From a virus, in IMG/VR virus record IMGVR_UViG_3300022745_000018, positions 96,001-160,000 of that record: a stretch of 64,000 nucleotides of DNA; one strand, 5' to 3'. Below are positions 37,132 through 47,659 of this stretch, one piece after another. The position numbers were made by a program, and so were the translations under genes. Each line of letters opens with the position of its first letter. Position 1 is the first letter of the stretch. The notes below the pieces were generated by a model. It ran no database searches. It saw only the letters and a program-made list of their open reading frames with translations, and was not told the DNA's origin.

Positions 37132-39236
37132 TCAGAATTTGATGTAGGTCTTGATGACGATTGCTTGTTCGTCAGTGAAAACGAAAGGATCTTCGTTCGA
37201 GACATATAGGAGTTTCCCAGAGTATTTATCAACGGTTGGCTGAGAAATGATCTGATGTACAGTGTAAGTTCTTGATGGCGATGCAATTGCTTGCAGTGTA
37301 CCTGTTGGTGGTGTAGGGTTAATGGAAAGACTTTGTAGTTTCACATTAAGACCGCTAACATCCACAACTCTGAATCTGATGTTCTCCACGGATAGAATTT
37401 CGTCCTCAATCAACCCAGTCGTATCATAGAAAGTCACGTTATGGGTAATTAGTTGCGAATTTTCTTTGAAGACATCCTTCGTGATGATGTGTCGTGGATT
37501 GTTTAGCAACCCGAACTGTCTATAATCTTGTCCTAAGCCATTGATCGTATAATCAGATTTCAAGTAACTATTGATGGACAGCGTGTCGGCATACAATTCA
37601 GATACTGCATCTGCACCGTGACCACCAACTGGAGGCATAATCGGCGTCGCTTGAAAATCGATTGCCCCCGCGGTGATTCTACCGGGACATGATACCGAAA
37701 CAGTCGCATGAGTGTATCCCTGGCCAGGTGTTAGCACATTCAGTTTGATGATCTTACCAGATACAACAATTGGTTCAACCGTGCAACCAGAACCATCGCC
37801 AGTGACGGTGACCACCGTGTTCGTTGGAGCCATTAAAGTGTTGGACAAGTAGTTTGTACCAGCTTCTTGATATTCCATGCATGGATCTCACCAGGAACGG
37901 CTACCTGTTCGACTGTAGACTGATTTGATTTGAAATCGTTTTCAGAAAAGTTGACTGAAACTGTTGCATTTGAACCAGACCCAACGACGATAGCATTTGC
38001 TGTCGTGTATCCTTCACCACTAGATTCAACATAGACGTCAATGATTCTTCCACCGTAAACAACTGGACGAAGAATCGCACCTGTGCCATCACCAGTGACG
38101 GTGATTGTTGTTGTTCCTGAGTACGGATAGTTGATGCCAGGATCGATGATCGCCGCAGTAACCAATTGCCCGTTATGAAACAAACCGCTAAAGACCGCGG
38201 TTGCATTTCCATATTTTCCTGTTCCTGGTGTTTGCCCCACACCAACACCGACCATCAATGTGCATGCACCAGTGTAACCAACGCCAGCATTCGCGATCGT
38301 CAACTTCTCAATAGAACCTGTTGTGGAATTGACAGATGGAATCACGACAGCTCCACCGACGCTGAATGATAGTGTATCACCAATGCTATAACCTACACCA
38401 CCCGCAACGATCGTTAGACCAGTTACTACACCAGCAGTCCTTGTTGCCGTAATTGATGCTCCGACTCCAGTACCAGAAACTACACCAACGTTTACACCCA
38501 GTGTGTAACCGGTTCCACCTGAACCAATCGTTAGACCAGTGATAGCTCCGTTGATGTTGACTGCTGAAACCGTTGCTGTTGCACCGGATCCTGTTGTTGT
38601 CCCAATCACATTGACGATGGTGGCTGAATCGCTAGAGTAACCTGTACCATTAGAGATGACTGTTGCACCAGTGATAACACCAGTGCCATAGAAACTATCT
38701 GATAGAGATTTCTGTACTGGGATGTAGACCGAATTCGCGAATCGTGAATATTTGAACGATGGGATGTCGTACATGAATTTCCACAGATATCCATCAGCCG
38801 TTCTAACAGCACTCAGACTCTTTCCAGCGGGCTTGACTGTGGAGAGTGGTATATTACCGTCGTATGTTTTACCGTTATCCAGACACTTATAGACACTGTA
38901 TTCGCCGCTATTGTTCACGACACAATAGAAGTTAGATGCAGACATCTGAGCCGAGTCATCCCATCTGTCCCACTGCTGCCCAGTAACCCAGTCGTGTCTA
39001 GTTGTCACTAGCGACACATCGTTTTGATTGATCTTCTTGCAATAGACCGCGTTACTACGAATCAGTAAATCTTGGTTTGGAGAGTCTGCTTGAATTGTAC
39101 CGGGTGCAGTATCAGCACCACCCCAAGACTCGATCTTACCAATAAAGTAATAGAGGTTGGATCTTCTGAACTGAATGTCGCTTACAACAGTCGATGCCAG
39201 GTCTGTATGAAAATCTTTACGAATTGCTTGTGTCAT
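37132..39236 (-). CDS. 8: baseplate wedge protein gp8 with GxGY repeats, split by a one-base frameshift near 37865 (ORFs 37833-39236 and 37132-37878)
   Basis: VYKCLDN, DGYLWKFMY in the first ORF; P..GHG.D...EL, DYRQ.G...NP, SG.LLY..N in the second. Confidence 0.82.
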
Positions 39237-39237
39237 T

Positions 39238-39672
39238 TTAGTTTATCTTGATTTTCCATTGGATTGTGACCGTGTCGGCTACCGACTTTTCGAAGGCTGG
39301 AAAAATTGTTCGTGCCAACATGGTACCACCTGTACTGGCATTGAACAGACCGGCTTCAGTTAGATCTCCAGTACCGATGCCTGGTGCAAATGTCGCGGTA
39401 TAGACGACTTCGTTGGTATTGTTGTATGTAGTGACGACGGTTGTTCTACCGACTTGAGAAGCCAATGCAGTGTTTGTTGATGACGGAGCGGTTTGGTCGA
39501 TACCGACACCCATATGTGAAATGACGGTGCCATAACCAGCCAATCTAGCCGCAATAAGATTGGTCCCGGTCGTTACAACAAGATTTTTGCCTTCATATTC
39601 ATGAGTGATGACGCCATCACGCAATCTTCTGATTTGTAGTTCACCAGTAACTTTTACACTATCCGTTAACAT
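39238..39672 (-). CDS. tail/baseplate protein (tail-fibre N-terminal-like)
   Basis: NLVV..G...IA.RL, HMGVG, EAGLFN...G.MLAR. Confidence 0.75.
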   Translation of the reverse strand: MLTDSVKVTGELQIRRLRDGVITHEYEGKNLVVTTGTNLIAARLAGYGTVISHMGVGIDQTAPSSTNTALASQVGRTTVVTTYNNTNEVVYTATFAPGIGTGDLTEAGLFNASTGGTMLARTIFPAFEKSVADTVTIQWKIKIN

Positions 39673-39689
39673 TCAAGTCTCCTTGATTG

Positions 39690-39697
39690 AATTTAAC
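39690..39697 (-). promoter_or_regulatory. putative late promoter (GTTAAATT)
   Basis: Upstream of an AAGGAG RBS; one mismatch to ATTAAATT. Confidence 0.5.
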
Positions 39698-41102
39698 CAA
39701 CAGATACTTCAGTTGATGTTGTGTATGAAAGTGTATCTGTGAACGTCTTGTTGAGATTGACGAATCGTTTCGTGCCGGCTGGATGCAATACATTCAGAGT
39801 AGCCGTGTAGTTTCCAATACTAACCGTCGTATCAATTAAGTACGAGAACGCTTGGTAGTAGAAGTTATCCTGCAAACGGATACTTTGATGAGAGATCAAA
39901 CCGTCTTCTGTCTTGTAATATCCCTTTGTTTTCACAATGACTTGGTTCTCTAAAGTCAGGTTCATTAGAGAATCTCGCCATTCTTCAATGGTCAATCCGT
40001 AGTCGATGTTCGCAATCTGGACGTCGAATGTCTGAGATGCGTTTGAGATGACTTTGTACCCCAGATAACCAAGAACGAGATAATCTGTCTCAAAGTATGC
40101 AGTACCTTCACCGTACTTTTGCCACTTATAGCCGAGAATCTCTTCCGATGTAAAGTTTGTACCATCAGTGATAGTCATATCAAAGTCATAGACTAAAGGA
40201 GATTCAGATACGATGTTGGTCACCAATTGAGTCGTGGTGCCTGGCGGCTTGCCGCGGTGTGGGCTAACCACGAATGTACAGTTCTCTTGCATGAACCAGC
40301 CATATGCAATGATCTCTGCGCTTGAACAGACACCACCAGGGTCTACAGCAGTAACTTTGCATAACGTATCTACATTGCTACCGATTAGTCTGAAGATTTG
40401 ACCAAGTTTCCAATTCATACCACCATCGGTGATCTTGATTTTGGATGGCACGGATCTTGCTTGTCCGCCGAAGATCGCCTCATCATTGTTATTGTAGATG
40501 ACGATTTCTTGGTTCGCGGAGATTTTGATTTTAGATGATGATGCGAAGAAAAATCTTACATGAGTGGAGTCCAAGATTTCAACCGAATCCACACGGACTT
40601 CATAGTCGATGTCTTCTGATTCAACGATCATCGAAAAAGGTGCAGATGGTATTGACGCTGTTGTGAATGCACCAGTCGCCTCAACAGAAACGAAGCTCTG
40701 CTGAACCCATCTACCATCAGATGATCTCAGAACTCGTTCACCAGGATATGAGATGTCGATCTCTTCGCCAAATAGTCCTCTGAATAGCAATCTGTATGCT
40801 TTAGCAGTTCCCTTAGCATCGTAGATCTGATTAAGAAGTTTCAGAAATTTCCTACGGTCCATTGCGATGTCAACTGGAATCTTGTCACCATGCATCGCAT
40901 AGAACTTATTGATGTATTCTGGTAACGTTCTATCGATGTCTAAGTTGGCTTCATGATTGAAGATCAATCCACCACCCTTGGTTCTCTGATCTACATATTC
41001 ATAGTACGTTTCCAAAAAGTCAGGTAAAAGACTACCTGACTCAAGCACATGTTGAGGTAATTGTGAAGGGACGAATTGACTAACAGTTGTTACTTGAGAC
41101 AT
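39693..41102 (-). CDS. 7: baseplate wedge initiator gp7-like (short form)
   Basis: Y.AKGT..AY.LLFR.LFGE, SDG.W, LQDNFYYQ.FSY, HPAG; follows gp6. Confidence 0.8.
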   Translation of the reverse strand: MSQVTTVSQFVPSQLPQHVLESGSLLPDFLETYYEYVDQRTKGGGLIFNHEANLDIDRTLPEYINKFYAMHGDKIPVDIAMDRRKFLKLLNQIYDAKGTAKAYRLLFRGLFGEEIDISYPGERVLRSSDGRWVQQSFVSVEATGAFTTASIPSAPFSMIVESEDIDYEVRVDSVEILDSTHVRFFFASSSKIKISANQEIVIYNNNDEAIFGGQARSVPSKIKITDGGMNWKLGQIFRLIGSNVDTLCKVTAVDPGGVCSSAEIIAYGWFMQENCTFVVSPHRGKPPGTTTQLVTNIVSESPLVYDFDMTITDGTNFTSEEILGYKWQKYGEGTAYFETDYLVLGYLGYKVISNASQTFDVQIANIDYGLTIEEWRDSLMNLTLENQVIVKTKGYYKTEDGLISHQSIRLQDNFYYQAFSYLIDTTVSIGNYTATLNVLHPAGTKRFVNLNKTFTDTLSYTTSTEVSVG

Positions 41103-42886
41103 TAGACCAATTCCAGTGTTACTTCGTTAGAATCAGATAGAGCAATAACTGAATCGCTACCAACATCACTCAAACGAATGATCTGATTTCTAGACATTTC
41201 GATGTCTGGATTCTGTAGGTAGCATCTAATCGCAACGAATCTGTTCGTAGAAAGATATCTAGACACATTCAGATTCACATTGATTTTGCCGGTTGAATAT
41301 TCAACTGTACCGATTGATTGAACGAGCGTGGATGTCTGTACATCGTAGATACCAAGTTCATTTGTGCTGGGGATCTCTTTGATTTGGACAATGCGCTCAG
41401 TTGAGCCATCCAAGATAGCAAACTTGGTTGATGAGATGCTGCCCTTGACGATGCCGTTACTCAATGTTCTGATGTAATTTGTGTCTACACCAACCAACGG
41501 AGTCAGGTCAATACCGACATTCTTCGTGATGTAAACTGAAGTAATGCCTGGGTCTAAATCAGCGATCAAACGAATGAGATCGGATTCAACATATTGCTCA
41601 TTGAATTCGGAAATCGATTCTGTGTAATTCACGATAGCGGTTCTAATCATACCGACTACAGTGGAAGCAGATGTGTTCGTTAGACTCTGTTTGAACTTGA
41701 TCTGTGTCCTATACTCAACATTCACATATTCAGGATCGACGAACTCTGGTTTGATCGTCATCATGTTCATTGATCTGATATAAGGCAATAGCACATCTGT
41801 CTTGACTGTATCAGATACGGTTAGACCAGAAACTGGTTGCGGTGAAATGAATACTTTACCGTACTGAGGAGGATCGTTATCTTCACCACCCCAGACAGCA
41901 ACCGACTTAATGAAAGGGAAACCTTCCTTCAACAGATATTCGTAATCTGAATCACTAACTGCCCTACGTTTTGATGTGTTAGATAGTTTGGCATTTGCTC
42001 TGATGGAATCAAGCGATTCTCGATCTTCACCACCGAAAGAAACTTGAGTTGTTGTGATACCGAATGTAGTTCCTGCCCCGAACGATCCGTTGTACGAGAA
42101 TAGACGGCATTCGTTTGCGATCGTTGGGTCATCTGCCACGACTACATATGAAATTTCCACCACATTGCCGTCTGACGGTTCCAAACCAATCAGATTATCA
42201 CCGAACACGATCTGGTAGTATCCATCATACGATTCTTCTAAGTAAAACACCGCCGAGTCGTACTTATAGTCGTATGAATTGAAGCCTCTAATGAATGTCC
42301 TTTTATTTAGAGATGAACCGGATTCTCTAACAGTGACTTCAAGTGTAGTGATGTCAATGTTCTTGTTAGGGATCTTTAGAATACCGGATGGGTTGAGTGT
42401 AGAATTGACGGTATATGTGTTCGATGCCATCTTACCAGCAACAATCTTCATGGATGAGAATGTTGTCTGTGTACCAGAAGGAACCGATAGAGTTTCTGCA
42501 ACCAAAACGAAGTTGTGAGCTCCGCTATCATTACTTGACGTGAACTCGGTTCCTCTTGACATCTGTAGGATAGTACCAGCCGTTAGACCAGATACTGTCA
42601 GATTGATGTATGCAGTCGATCCAACCATGGAATGTGGTACATACCCAAGCTCTTTCGCTCTCGACACGACCGATGCTCTTTTCTGAGCAGTATCCAAGAA
42701 GCTTTCGTTGTGTAGCATATTGGCATAGTACGCGGTGTTATGTGCATTGTATGCCAAGATATCCATGATGCCGTTTAGAGCAGAACCTTCAAAGTTGTAA
42801 TCGGTGAAGGTTGGATTCGTTTTGATGTGAGCAATCAGTTCTGCCTTAAGGGCATCAAAATCTAACTGAGTTACTGGTGTCGTCAT
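41102..42886 (-). CDS. 6: baseplate wedge subunit gp6
   Basis: LDFD.LK, FTDYNFEGS, LAYN.H, ESFLDTA..R.SVVS.AK.LGY.P, RAV...DY, WGGEDN.PP.YGKVFIS. Confidence 0.96.
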   Translation of the reverse strand: MTTPVTQLDFDALKAELIAHIKTNPTFTDYNFEGSALNGIMDILAYNAHNTAYYANMLHNESFLDTAQKRASVVSRAKELGYVPHSMVGSTAYINLTVSGLTAGTILQMSRGTEFTSSNDSGAHNFVLVAETLSVPSGTQTTFSSMKIVAGKMASNTYTVNSTLNPSGILKIPNKNIDITTLEVTVRESGSSLNKRTFIRGFNSYDYKYDSAVFYLEESYDGYYQIVFGDNLIGLEPSDGNVVEISYVVVADDPTIANECRLFSYNGSFGAGTTFGITTTQVSFGGEDRESLDSIRANAKLSNTSKRRAVSDSDYEYLLKEGFPFIKSVAVWGGEDNDPPQYGKVFISPQPVSGLTVSDTVKTDVLLPYIRSMNMMTIKPEFVDPEYVNVEYRTQIKFKQSLTNTSASTVVGMIRTAIVNYTESISEFNEQYVESDLIRLIADLDPGITSVYITKNVGIDLTPLVGVDTNYIRTLSNGIVKGSISSTKFAILDGSTERIVQIKEIPSTNELGIYDVQTSTLVQSIGTVEYSTGKINVNLNVSRYLSTNRFVAIRCYLQNPDIEMSRNQIIRLSDVGSDSVIALSDSNEVTLELV

Positions 42887-42896
42887 GTTTGTTCCG

Positions 42897-43301
42897 TTAT
42901 CTTATTCTGTTCACGAAATACACAATCGTGAATGGTTCTGTTGTATTGACCAATGTACCTTCCAATTCACATTTAATGGTGTGAGCATCTGGGAATGAAA
43001 CGGTGACATTCGTCACGACATATCTTGGCTCGTTTGCACTAATGTACTTTTCCACTTCGGATTCAAGAATCATCCTGATCGCTGGTGTACTAAGTTCAAA
43101 CAGATAATCGTAGATTGGTGACGAGATCTCTGGGTGGAAGGGTTTGTCCCATTTTCTCAATTGAAGCAGATTCAGGACGGATTGCTTTACGGCATTCTGC
43201 TTCTTCTTGAGCATTACGTTGCCTGTCTCTGGGTGTCTGGTGAACATCTGGTCGATGTCTACAAATTCTCTTGATGGTAACTGAACGATAATCTCAGCCA
43301 T
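42897..43301 (-). CDS. 25: baseplate wedge subunit gp25
   Basis: D.D..F..HP.TG, AVKQSV.NL, PF.P, LFE, EPR. Confidence 0.92.
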   Translation of the reverse strand: MAEIIVQLPSREFVDIDQMFTRHPETGNVMLKKKQNAVKQSVLNLLQLRKWDKPFHPEISSPIYDYLFELSTPAIRMILESEVEKYISANEPRYVVTNVTVSFPDAHTIKCELEGTLVNTTEPFTIVYFVNRIR

Positions 43302-43302
43302 G

Positions 43303-45828
43303 TTATGCCTCTAGTTTATGCAAACCGTCACCGAACTTTCTATGATTCATATAAGTCAGGACTTTATTGTTGTTTCCGCCATAGACAAAGGAAATATGAA
43401 TCCATGGCTGTCTTGTTTCCGTAGTTTTGTATTCCAAGATGAGTTTGTCGAATGGGACGTTATCACGAATCCATTGAGCGATCTCAAAGTATTCGGATTT
43501 AGTTCTTCCTGGGAACTGCATATCCGCAGCTTGACCCAGTGTATGCTGTGAAGAATTGTTTCCTGCTCTGAACCCAGATGTAACAATCATCTCTGGATAT
43601 TGAGCTTTGATCTTATCCAAACAATTCTCAGCCAAGCTCTTCAGGTTGCATGCGATCTCGGAATCTGTTAGATTGTTATTGTCAATGATCCTGTACTTCG
43701 AAACGATCGCTTTCGACGATAGCATATCCAAACTGTAATACTTCGAAATCTGTAGGGTATCATTGATATTACCTTTGACGAACATCGCACACGATTTCGC
43801 AATTTCAGATTTAGAGAATGCTTCTTTGGTATCCGTTTCTATAGATGAGGCTGCTTTCCCTTCGTCGATTTCACGCTGAGTGATGGTGCCTGAACTGATT
43901 GCTTTCGAGATACCTTCAGCTGCTTCTGACTCATCCAAACCATCAAGTTCGAGTGTGGTGGCTCCCAAGAAGTTTTCCGGTATCTGCTTCTCGAAGTCAA
44001 TACCACTTGCATATCGCTTGGAATTCCCTATAGCCGTAGACAAACCGGAATTCCAATGGACCTGTGATCCGTCCAATGAAATGAGGTTATCGGATCTAAC
44101 AGATACACCCTCGGCAGTATCAACCAACAGTTTCCCACCGGATTTCAACATGATGTCGCCACCAGCATCCACGGTCATATGACCATCGACTTCCATGTTG
44201 ACGTTGCCACCAACTACAAGATCGCAATCTCCACCGATCGTCACTCTTGCTTTACCTGCGATAGAGATGTACCCATTCCTATCAACGATTGTGTATCCGT
44301 CACCAATGATCTTGGTAACTTTGTTCCCAAAACGATCCGTTTCTTCGTATCCGCCCTTTGTATGAAAGAAATGAATACGTTCATTCCCTGGTGTGTCATC
44401 TAACTCAATTGTATGACCAGATTCAGTTGTCTTAACTAGATTGTACGGATATTTGGCATTGTATGCAGGTTGGGGCTCGTCAAATGTACCTCCAATCGTC
44501 CGGATACCCACGGTACGATTATCCATTCGTTTCTCTATCGCAGTGTTTCTAGTGTTCCTTCTAGACAATCTGTTGGTATCCTGTTCGCCAAGATATTCCT
44601 CCAACGGATAGACTCCGTTTGGATCTGCGAAACCGTCACGAGTCGCTGTTCTCTGAGAATTGATTTCTTCAGCTGACTTGGATGAGTTGATTCTGTTAGA
44701 CGGATCTACTGGATTCTTGGCAGTTTCGTTAGCAATCTTCGTCGCCGCTACACCATCCTCATCGGCGATCTTGCACATACTAGCGAACGATCTAACCTTT
44801 GAGATGTCTATAGAATACCCATTTGGATTGATCTTCTTCGTGATTGCTGATAGTGCATCTTCAAGTGTAGCGAATTTGAGACGATTGGCTCCACCAAAAC
44901 GAATGATGATGTATTGGATCGCTGCTTTCACAGCGACATCCGCTTCGAGGATTCTATCAGGAGATGTCGCCAAGTCTACACCAACTTGTTTACCAATAGT
45001 CAAGTAATTGTTCTTGAAAGAGATCTGTAACAGACCTCCTCCACGATATTTCCAACCATCACCGGAATCAACTGACCCATTACCCATCGTTCCAGCATAG
45101 ACGAAGTTCGCCAATTTCTCTGGTTGATTGACATATAGGATTGCTTGTTCGTCTGGCATTGAACCGAATTTTGAACTGAAGACTGTACGTAATCTAGCAA
45201 CAGATGAATAGTTCATCGATTCTCTGATTGACTCGAACCCGGATTCTTTAGCAATGTTAGATAGAATTGCGATGATAGCATAAGGATCTTTGATGCCATA
45301 ATCGCAGCAGGTTTTACAGACCAAATCTACTGTGGAGCCATATCTATTAGACAGTTCAGATGCATCTACTCCAGAACAACATCCGGTGATTGTCTCCGTG
45401 GCTGTTTCTGTGGTGATCGGTTTGCCGTAATTGTCAAGTAGAGTATCTTCATTCGCTGATGCAACCAACGAATATGACTGAGCACTGACATTTGCCGCCA
45501 AGATTGCTTGCAGATCCGCGGCAAAAGAACTCTTTGCGATTGGGTATCCATGAGCAGAGCCGATGATCACTGGGCACTGTTTCGATTCACCGTCATGAAA
45601 GAAAAGGAATACCAATGACCCTTCAAGGTATTTTGCACCAGACGTACCAATGCCAGACAATGAAGGTGAATCTGCTGGTTGAAGGCAAATTGCCCACGGG
45701 AGATCCTCAGTTGGCACGTCTTCTTTGAATTCGGGATGAACCCCGAACACTCTAACTTGAACTCTACCAAGTAGTAGAGGATCCATCCTCGATTCTACGA
45801 TACCAACATAAAAACTTGATTGGTTCAT
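43303..45828 (-). CDS. 5: baseplate hub/spike gp5 with GH19 glycosidase and C-terminal M15 peptidase
   Basis: OB fold DPL.LGRV.VRVFG.H...LPWA; GH19 GDGWKYRGGGLLQI; YPYN...TESGH..E.DDTPG.ERI; M15 TSGFR..SQH..GQAAD...WIHISF. Confidence 0.92.
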   Translation of the reverse strand: MNQSSFYVGIVESRMDPLLLGRVQVRVFGVHPEFKEDVPTEDLPWAICLQPADSPSLSGIGTSGAKYLEGSLVFLFFHDGESKQCPVIIGSAHGYPIAKSSFAADLQAILAANVSAQSYSLVASANEDTLLDNYGKPITTETATETITGCCSGVDASELSNRYGSTVDLVCKTCCDYGIKDPYAIIAILSNIAKESGFESIRESMNYSSVARLRTVFSSKFGSMPDEQAILYVNQPEKLANFVYAGTMGNGSVDSGDGWKYRGGGLLQISFKNNYLTIGKQVGVDLATSPDRILEADVAVKAAIQYIIIRFGGANRLKFATLEDALSAITKKINPNGYSIDISKVRSFASMCKIADEDGVAATKIANETAKNPVDPSNRINSSKSAEEINSQRTATRDGFADPNGVYPLEEYLGEQDTNRLSRRNTRNTAIEKRMDNRTVGIRTIGGTFDEPQPAYNAKYPYNLVKTTESGHTIELDDTPGNERIHFFHTKGGYEETDRFGNKVTKIIGDGYTIVDRNGYISIAGKARVTIGGDCDLVVGGNVNMEVDGHMTVDAGGDIMLKSGGKLLVDTAEGVSVRSDNLISLDGSQVHWNSGLSTAIGNSKRYASGIDFEKQIPENFLGATTLELDGLDESEAAEGISKAISSGTITQREIDEGKAASSIETDTKEAFSKSEIAKSCAMFVKGNINDTLQISKYYSLDMLSSKAIVSKYRIIDNNNLTDSEIACNLKSLAENCLDKIKAQYPEMIVTSGFRAGNNSSQHTLGQAADMQFPGRTKSEYFEIAQWIRDNVPFDKLILEYKTTETRQPWIHISFVYGGNNNKVLTYMNHRKFGDGLHKLEA

Positions 45829-47075
45829 TCTATTCTTGTGTTAAAACTGTCGTTCACCAATTCCATGTGCATAGAGTGTTGGTTGAATTTGAATTGGTGC
45901 CTAATTGCCGTGACTAAGTATCTACCAGAGTAGTAATCAGATTTCACATCCGATAAGATAGATTCTTTACCTATCTGTCTATTATCAGGTATCGAAAATT
46001 TAACAACGTCACCAACTTTCATGTCCGTTCTACCATATGTCTTGACATTGATCTTGACGGTATTCAGTAGAGACACTATAGCAGCCCGCTTCAAATATCC
46101 GGAATCGAATGGTGTCTTGACTGGTCTACCGGATACATATTCATTCTTCAGTACGAAGTTGAAATTTGATTTCTTTGATCGTTTCAACTCAGATGATCTC
46201 AATGGATATTTGTTCAGGTGGCTGCTTGAATCGAAATCATTTAGATAGTCGAATTCATGTAGAGCAGCTGCTCTAGTGGTTACATCAAATGTGTATAGGT
46301 AACTGGCGTTTGCTCCAGCTGATTGAATGCGCATATAATCAAATGTTGTCTGGTCTTCCACTAATTCAACAACACGATATTTCTGTTCGTAGTCGCCATT
46401 AGGACCAAAAGAAGTTGCGGAATCAACATCGCCAAATACGTAATCGCGTTTCGTCTCACCCTTCAATAGAGATGAGATCGTTCTGAAGTTGTACTTTTCG
46501 CGATCTTGATAGAAGATGAAGTCAGTATCACCTGCTACGGATACAGCCCTTGTTGAAAGCCAATTGATCGTTTCAAGCGGCGACCAATAAGGTGCAATGA
46601 ACTTGATGTTGTTCTTTGTTCTCTCGGTGTATAGTGTCTTGTCTGAACCTAGATACCTTTCATCCTTGAAGATGGATGAGACCAAAGTAGATGCTTCGCC
46701 ATTGAAACTTTTCGCGATTGTGTTATTGAGCGAATTGATCTGTTCAGTGGAACAGAAATTCAATGAATATGCTGCAGAACGAAACTTCCTAGAAAGAACG
46801 GTCATCTTGTAGATGTAGAACGTATGGACGATTCTTTCAGATAGAGTCGGCGTTCTATATGAAACTGATAGCAATTCCTGACCGATCATCGGTAGACTAT
46901 CGATCAAACCAACTGCATCGTTGATCACGATATACCCAGATGATGTTGTAGCAAACATGTCCTCAAAAATAACGACATCCTCAGCCAACCCAGACACATC
47001 AATCTCTTTCCCAGAATGAGAAATAATTTTGATCGTATCTACAAAGACTTCACCCGGGAATTTCAGACTTTCCAT
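45825..47075 (-). CDS. baseplate hub protein (gp27-like)
   Basis: I.ED.F...SG.I.I.D...L...LP.IG.E; SGRYLVTAIRH; lies between gp53 and gp5. Confidence 0.78.
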   Translation of the reverse strand: MESLKFPGEVFVDTIKIISHSGKEIDVSGLAEDVVIFEDMFATTSSGYIVINDAVGLIDSLPMIGQELLSVSYRTPTLSERIVHTFYIYKMTVLSRKFRSAAYSLNFCSTEQINSLNNTIAKSFNGEASTLVSSIFKDERYLGSDKTLYTERTKNNIKFIAPYWSPLETINWLSTRAVSVAGDTDFIFYQDREKYNFRTISSLLKGETKRDYVFGDVDSATSFGPNGDYEQKYRVVELVEDQTTFDYMRIQSAGANASYLYTFDVTTRAAALHEFDYLNDFDSSSHLNKYPLRSSELKRSKKSNFNFVLKNEYVSGRPVKTPFDSGYLKRAAIVSLLNTVKINVKTYGRTDMKVGDVVKFSIPDNRQIGKESILSDVKSDYYSGRYLVTAIRHQFKFNQHSMHMELVNDSFNTRIE

Positions 47076-47659
47076 TAAGCACCACCAATTGATTGCTCAA
47101 ACTGAGTCACGAATTCATTTAGCATTTCGGGTCTAAGCAGTCTGATTAGACGTTTCTGTTCATTCAGTGCAAACTCGTGTTCATAGAATGTGACTGGTAG
47201 AGCAGTGATGTCTGTGTTTGTTGGTGGTACCCATGTAGAGATGTTGTAACATTCTCTGAATTCACCAACCACAATATCGTCCTTCTTGTAATACCAAACC
47301 TTGTTCATATTGGGTACTTCTTCAGTTTCGCCGTCTGGTACAAATGTACCAGGGTATTGAATTTTACAGAAGTCATATAGCATCTGATCTGTCATTGGCC
47401 AATCGGTGTATGAAGAATGAAGTTCATTGAACAACATCACGACCCAAAACAACTTCGGTGAACCGTAGATGGCAGCCGCAACTGACTCTGGACTATCGCC
47501 TGACTTGATTGTGTAAGGTAGATAGACATCTGAATAGTTCTTTACATTTGAGATGAACTTTGATCGACGTAGGATGCCACGGACGACATCCATTCTTCTC
47601 TGTCTACCTATCACGGTGACATATGTACCAAATGGCATTGATGCGAAGTAGCCGTTCAT
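47075..47659 (-). CDS. 53: baseplate wedge subunit gp53 (LysM-like)
   Basis: YF...P, Y.IK.GD.PE.VA...YG...L.WVV...N, DWP, E...NE.KR.I.LL.P. Confidence 0.93.
   Translation of the reverse strand: MNGYFASMPFGTYVTVIGRQRRMDVVRGILRRSKFISNVKNYSDVYLPYTIKSGDSPESVAAAIYGSPKLFWVVMLFNELHSSYTDWPMTDQMLYDFCKIQYPGTFVPDGETEEVPNMNKVWYYKKDDIVVGEFRECYNISTWVPPTNTDITALPVTFYEHEFALNEQKRLIRLLRPEMLNEFVTQFEQSIGGA

Noticed and set aside
37900-38700. Repeated GxGY/T motifs in gp8
   Set aside because: Ordinary protein-level repeats of baseplate proteins; not a DNA repeat array or DGR, and no reverse transcriptase in the window.
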